Below are positions 35,224 through 41,680 of a DNA stretch of 41,680 nt, in pieces (the stretch's first letter is position 1; every line of letters begins with the position of its first letter). A program made the translations under genes and the position numbers. The notes beneath the pieces are model-generated. The model saw only the letters and a list, made by a program, of their open reading frames with translations, was not told where the DNA came from and made no database searches. This DNA is from Octopus bimaculoides (Eukaryota): contig NC_068986.1 in NCBI RefSeq assembly GCF_001194135.2, positions 9,107,125 to 9,148,804 on the forward strand. Reading direction: 5' to 3'.

Positions 35224-37611
35224 GATGGAAACAGATTGAAGACATATCAAGTGGAATCATTAAGAACCAAAGTGTAAGCAGTCATGTTGCAATATGTTTT
35301 TGTTGAAAAGTCTTCCCACTGCCAAACGCCGCTGCTGCTGCTGTTGCCGCTGCTGTTCATTAGTTGTTGTTGTTGTTTGTTGTTGAGGTACCCTGTTGTT
35401 TGTTGTTTTATGTCTAGCCATTATTTCACGTTGAACTTGTGAAAACACTGTTACAGCCACAGACAACAGCTGCCATTCCTGGAGAACACTAAACTCCATT
35501 CTAACATAGCATAATGGCCAAAATGCTAAAAGGATTTAAAATTTCCAAAATGTCCAATGCTCATTTTTCTCCACCTTTTTAACTCTGTTCCTATTCCTCT
35601 CCACAAAAAAAAAAAAGATCTTTTTTTAGCTCTGAACCTTTTCTTACTAAAATACTGTTTCTACGTATGTCTGTGAACAGGGCTTGAAATTATCAAGCCC
35701 TGTCACACCAGTTGTGGAGGAATAGGGTGCCCGAAGACAATCAGAAAACGAACTGATTGAAATCTGGATGAAGCTTGGAAATTTTAGGAATTTTCAATTG
35801 TTTTAACTCTTCCGAAACAGATTTGTAGCCAAATACAAAATTGAGAAAAGAATCCTCCTGCCCCCTTTTTTTGAAAATTCTCCCTGTTGTTTNNNNNNNN
35901 NNNNNNNNNNNNNNNNNNNNNNNNNNNNNNNNNNNNNNNNNNNNNNNNNNNNNNNNNNNNNNNNNNNNNNNNNNNNNNNNNNNNNNNNNNNNNNNNNNNN
36001 NNNNNNNNNNNNNNNNNNNNNNNNNNNNNNNNNNNNNNNNNNNNNNNNNNNNNNNNNNNNNNNNNNNNNNNNNNNNNNNNNNNNNNNNNNNNNNNNNNNN
36101 NNNNNNNNNNNNNNNNNNNNNNNNNNNNNNNNNNNNNNNNNNNNNNNNNNNNNNNNNNNNNNNNNNNNNNNNNNNNNNNNNNNNNNNNNNNNNNNNNNNN
36201 NNNNNNNNNNNNNNNNNNNNNNNNNNNNNNNNNNNNNNNNNNNNNNNNNNNNNNNNNNNNNNNNNNNNNNNNNNNNNNNNNNNNNNNNNNNNNNNNNNNN
36301 NNNNNNNNNNNNNNNNNNNNNNNNNNNNNNNNNNNNNNNNNNNNNNNNNNNNNNNNNNNNNNNNNNNNNNNNNNNNNNNNNNNNNNNNNNNNNNNNNNNN
36401 NNNNNNNNNNNNNNNNNNNNNNNNNNNNNNNNNNNNNNNNNNNNNNNNNNNNNNNNNNNNNNNNNNNNNNNNNNNNNNNNNNNNNNNNNNNNNNNNNNNN
36501 NNNNNNNNNNNNNNNNNNNNNNNNNNNNNNNNNNNNNNNNNNNNNNNNNNNNNNNNNNCCCTTCATGGGTTTTTTTTTTTTTTTTTTTAATCCCAATCCT
36601 TAAGAATTTAAGCCACATTTAATCTCATTTTGTCATCTCTAGTTTCCCCAGTTTCAGAGCATTTAAAAAACTGTCAACAGTATTTCTTGTTCAGAGTAAC
36701 TAGTAAGATATAAATCCACAGCTATTTTATTATCATTCTACCCTCATTTTTTTTTAAACATTACATGTGTGTGTGTGTGTGTGTGTGTAGAGAGATATAT
36801 TTATATTGTGAGCCTTTATGATAATATTTACACTGTAAAAAATAAAAGCAATTAGAATGCTTCTTTATTTGGTTAATGTTTCACATCCTTCATCAGTTAA
36901 TCTGTTCCACATCTGCCAAACATGTCAATGATCAGTTTTTGGTTTTGAATGAAGATGATTTTATTTTTGGCCATAGTGAATCCACAAAGGCAGGGCAAGA
37001 AAGGTTCTTTATTATTCCTACATACATTGAATCCTCTTCTGGCTAACGGAGAGAGAGCTCCTCCTAAAGCCTTTATGCTTTATTTAAATTCTGTTTGGAT
37101 CTTGCCAGGATCGCCAGATTAGCTCTGAATGTTAATCCATTGTCTTAGATTTAAATTATCAATGGATTGAGCTGGATTACAGTGAATGAAGTATAGTTAG
37201 TTTGTTGTAAAAGAAAACCAAACCAAAATAGTTGTTATATCTAAAAGAATCTTCTTCATTATGTGTCTCGTATTCCAGGTCTGTTTGAGAAGTAATTAGG
37301 CTACGTTAGTAATATATCTCTATTTTCTGCTTATTTCTTTCTAATTAATGTAATATTCACACAATATGAAAAAAAAAAAATCCTTTTTGATTACTTTAAA
37401 TATTAAAATGGTAAAAGACAGCTTCCTAGTTCAATGAGTTATTGTTGCTGCTGTTGTTAGTCTGTGATTATTCCTGGTGAGAAATATTTCATTTCCTAAA
37501 ATTGTGTCGACAAAGTTTTTGTAATTGAGATTTTTATAAAACCTACAACTTGCTATTAAACAGAGATTAATTAATAGGATCAGTTATCACATTAGTGAAT
37601 TATTATTATTA

Positions 37612-38065
37612 TTAAGGCGGCAAACTGACTGAATCATTAGCACATGAAACAATATGCTCGGTACCATTGTTCTTCCAGCTCTTAACACTTTGTTCTCAAT
37701 TCAAAAATCGCCGAGGTCAGCTTTGCCGTTTGTCTTTTCAGAGTTGATAAAATAAAGTACCAGTCTCGTACTGGGGTTGGTCTCATCAACTTCCCACCCA
37801 CCTAAAATTGTTGGTCTTGTGTCAAAATTTGAAATTATTACTATTAAGGCAGTGAGCTGGCAGAATCATTAGCACGCTGAACAAAATGCTTAGCAGCATT
37901 TCATCTGTTAGGTTCTGAGTTCAAATTCCGCCGACATTAACTTAGCCTTTCATCCTTTTGGGGGTCAATAAAATAAGCCCCCAGTTGAGCACTGGGATCA
38001 ATATAATCTACTAAACCCCGCTCCCCCAAAATTTCAGGCTTTGTGCCTATAATATAAAGGATTAT
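37612..38065 (+). mobile_element. Two head-to-tail SINE family B copies
   Basis: Copies at about 37612-37835 and 37846-38065, each preceded by ATTAAGGC and ending in (ATT)n-like sequence. Confidence 0.8.
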
Positions 38066-39081
38066 TATTATCATTATTATTATCAAGACTGATCAGATGT
38101 GATCTAAGTGAAGAGTTTGTTTTTATGTTTGTAGTTATTGTTTGTTGTTATTGCCAATGTTGTTTATATTGTTATAACAAATAGTATAAATTTTATATAT
38201 ATATCATATAATTATATGTATATAATATTTGCTTCAATTTGCTTCTCTTTGTGATATTTAAAATTGCAAAAAACATTTTTATGAATGATTTTGTTAAAAA
38301 AAAAAATTTGAGATTCTCATTAAACAAGAAACATTTTCTTTTTATGTAAAAGAGAAAGAAAAGGTATTTTTCCCCCTCCCTGCAGAAAATCTAGAGAAAT
38401 TCCCAAATTTATTCTCCCTTTTTTTTTTTTTTCNNNNNNNNNNNNNNNNNNNNNNNNNNNNNNNNNNNNNNNNNNNNNNNNNNNNNNNNNNNNNNNNNNN
38501 NNNNNNNNNNNNNNNNNNNNNNNNNNNNNNNNNNNNNNNNNNNNNNNNNNNNNNNNNNNNNNNNNNNNNNNNNNNNNNNNNNNNNNNNNNNNNNNNNNNN
38601 NNNNNNNNNNNNNNNNNNNNNNNNNNNTTTTTTTTTTTTTTTTTTTTTTTTTTCTATCAGCTTCAGTGAGTTTTTTTTATTTTTTATCTGCTGAATTTTT
38701 CCAGTTATAAACTTGATAACAAAATTATTTTCTATTCTTTGAATGTATGTGTATGTGTATATCCTACAAGTAATACTAGTTTAATAATTTCCCCTCTTTA
38801 TTCAGATAATCTTTACAAAATATAAAACAAATTGTGAAACCATTTGGCCCTTCCTTGGTGAAAATTAATCCCCAAACTTGTATAAGAATTGTTTTTTGAT
38901 ATTTGAGTGGAATTGGTTAGGAAACTCTCCATGTCCCCAGCCCCACTCCCCATATCACAGGCTTACATTTGCTGCAAGATAAATCTACAGAATCACTGTG
39001 GAATAGGGACAGTGGTAGACTTAACCATTCCATTCAATAAAGAATTTGTCTGTGATTCATTCGCCAAAAGCTGAATGAGGT

Positions 39082-39265
39082 TTAACCCTTTTCCTTCCAG
39101 ACTTCTCTTGAGACCCACTGCTTTTGTTTCAATTAATTTTGAAAATAAGAAAAATAAATTTTATCCAAAATAACTATCATTTTTAAAGTAGTGTTTGGTA
39201 CATAAATTAACAAGGATTTTTGAGGGAAGCTTTTAATTTAAAACGGGAAGTTTGTATTATAGAAC
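39082..39265 (-). mobile_element. MITE family P2, partial
   Basis: Starts TTAACCCTTTT; the interior resembles the reverse complement of 32593-32814. Confidence 0.55.
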
Positions 39266-39420
39266 CAGGTAACAGGTGCCTGAAGCAGGCTGGTTGCTGA
39301 TGGAATATGTAACTGCTGCCAGATGAAAATATTATTTTCCTGTTGCAAGTTGCTGTGTTACTCCACACCAAATAATGTCTCTAAACTACTTCCTTTATTC
39401 ACAGTAAAAATGTCTTTAAA

Positions 39421-39726
39421 CAGTGCTTCTCAATCATTTTTTTGGCCTATAGACCCCTTCAATTGCTAGTTTATTCTGGTGGACCTCCATAGCCATTCCA
39501 TGTTTAAAAACTAGTTTTTGAGAGACTTCTTTCAAAATTCCTCTTTTGTTATTCATTTGTACAAATGTCAAACATTTCAGAAGGAAACCTCAAAGCTGTT
39601 TCTTGTAAGAAATCCATCTGAAGCCAAAATCTTTGTTATGGACCCTTAATATACTTCTGTGCATCTCCAATTTACTATTTTACTTGCATAGTCCCCAGTT
39701 GAGTAGACCCCGGTTGGGTATCACTG
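39421..39726. mobile_element. hAT-like MITE
   Basis: Inverted termini CAGTGCTTCTCAA and TTGGGTATCACTG; no clean TSD. Confidence 0.55.
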
Positions 39727-40439
39727 ATTTAGAATGTAGTTTAGCTGCTAATTATTCTAACAGTTTTCCAAAGACTCTTGACACAATGCTTAATAACTTT
39801 ATCAGTTTCCCTAACTAAATGACGCTGGTGTTATGGCACCATTCACTCTAAATACTACAGGTTAAAATCTTGACCAAAATCTCGCTGTTTCTTGTATAAA
39901 AATTACAGAAATTCCAGTGTAGTTTTGTTTTGTAAAAACATTTCAGGTGTTTGCAATTAAAAAATTTTTTTAATCCTTCCATTTTTTTATTTTGGAAATT
40001 AATTGAAACTTGTAAGAAATCTGCTCATAAATGGATTAAGTTTATCTTGGAATCTATTGCTTTTTTGTTTGTTTTAAAAAGTAATAATTTAAATTTTATA
40101 GTATTCTCTGAAAAATTAATGAGTATAATTAATCTGAAATTGTTGGTTTATAATTTAAACTTGTGGTTAAATTTTCAAATTATATAAAATTGTTTCCATA
40201 TTTTTTAATATTTCTTGTTTATGTTTTTCATGTTTTTTTTTGTTTTTTTGTTCAAACATTATTGTAAGTTTGTTTTCCAGTCAGATGCCCTCCTTGTTGC
40301 TGCCAACCCTTACCCGTTTTTCAAGTAAGGGTTCTCTTATTCCACATATTTTCAAAGACACAAAACCACTAAAATGTCACTGCTTGTAACTTACCGATTT
40401 TCAGAGAAGCACAAATGTAAATATGCAGCCAAATATATA

Positions 40440-40612
40440 TACATGTGTAAGTAAAGGTGTGTGTATACACACACACTTGCCACAACACACTTCGTTCAGC
40501 TTTGGTTAACTCAAGGCTATAGTCGATAGCATTTTCCCCAAGGTGCCATGCAATGGAACTGAACCCAAAACCACATGCTTGAGAAGCAAACTTCTTAAAC
40601 CATATCTCCACA
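40440..40612 (-). mobile_element. SINE family A head, antisense
   Basis: CCCAAGGTGCCATGCAATGGAACTGAACCCAAAACCACATG is the reverse complement of the A head. Confidence 0.75.
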
Positions 40613-41169
40613 CACGCACACACATACGTAGTTTTTTTTTGCTTGTTTGTTTTTTATTATATTTGGTGCAGCAATTGTAAAGATTAATACAATATTCTTG
40701 TATTAACTTGATTCCCTGCCCCTTGCACAACCAAAGTTAGCATTGTGTCCTGACAAAATGGAAAACTTGTAGAAATAAATGGTCAAAAAATGGTCAAGTG
40801 CCACCAGATTGAATGCATTCCTGTATTTAGTTTCTTCTTTCAAGGATTCCTAAATTTATTTCCAATGAATGCCAACATAAACTCCACTCTCTTTATACTT
40901 TTTACACCAATTTCTATGTTCTGCAATCAAGAATTTTTTACTCTTTATATCAAGGAAAATAATGACACAACTATTTTTCCCCCCATCTTGCTAAACTCAT
41001 CAAGGGAAATATTTCAAGATTTCTACAAAATATTTACAACATTCTAGAAACTAAATTATACAATATTCAACGTCCTTTAATTCATCTTTCTCTCTAAAGA
41101 AATTCACAAATCTCTCTCCTCTCTCTCTTTCTTTCTCTTGTCTAAATCCTTAAATCAGTTATTATCATC

Positions 41170-41628
41170 ATTAAGCTGGCAGAATCGGTAGCACGCTGGG
41201 CGAAATGCTTAGTGGCATTTCATCCATTTTTATGTTCTGAGTTCAAATTCCACCAAGGTCGGCTTTACCTTTCATTCTTTCGGGGTCGATAAATTAAGTA
41301 CCAGTGAGCCACTGGGGTGAATGTAATCAACTAGTCCCCCCTCCGCCAAAATTTCAGACCTTGTGCCTAGAGTAAAAAGGATTGTTGTTATCATTAAGAC
41401 AAGCTGACACAATCGTTAGCAGAATCGTTTAGTGTGCTTGGCAAAATGCAGTACTTTTGCCCCTCTTTACATTCTGTGGTCAACTTTGCCTTTCATCCTC
41501 TTGAGGTTGAATGAAATAAGTACCAGTCATGTACTGGGGATGAGGGGGTGGGGGGTTCAAAGTAAGCGACTCCCCCTCCTCCCCCCCCCCAAATTTCAGG
41601 CCTTGTGCCTATCATAGAAAGGATTATT
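41170..41628 (+). mobile_element. Two head-to-tail SINE family B copies
   Basis: Copies at about 41170-41385 and 41395-41628, both ending AAATTTCAG..CTTGTGCCTA..AAAGGATT. Confidence 0.8.
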
Positions 41629-41680
41629 ACTGAAAGCATTGAGCCAGCAGGATCACTGGGTGTTGAACTGAAAGTGCTTG

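Noticed and set aside
36841-36846. AATAAA as the HRG1 poly(A) signal
   Set aside because: Embedded in an A-rich run in very AT-rich DNA and separated from the stop codon by an assembly gap; not distinguishable from chance.

Overview
AT-rich, repeat-dense animal genomic DNA with three N-gaps (24091-24342, 35893-36558, 38434-38627). The SINE/MITE families look like those I recall from octopus genomes; the organism is inferred, not verified. The main gene is missing as a unit from the ORF track: a three-exon heme transporter HRG1/SLC48A1 on the + strand (CDS 11070-11208, 31872-32039, 35057-35223; 157 aa, four TM segments, GT-AG phase-1 introns of about 20.7 kb and 3.0 kb). It shares a CpG-rich promoter with a probable divergent minus-strand transcript that I cannot identify. 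The rest is decayed mobile DNA: several tRNA-derived SINE families, TTAA-flanked and hAT-like MITEs, DD37D (maT) and mariner transposase relics, a pogo-like fragment, a Penelope GIY-YIG fragment and a 61-bp minisatellite. I found no clearly new biological system. The best leads are the divergent transcript, the HRG1 loop His-to-Gln change, a tRNA-SINE with a hammerhead-like vestige, an intronic hairpin with A-C mismatches, and a twin-MITE unit nested in a SINE. Repeat boundaries are approximate.
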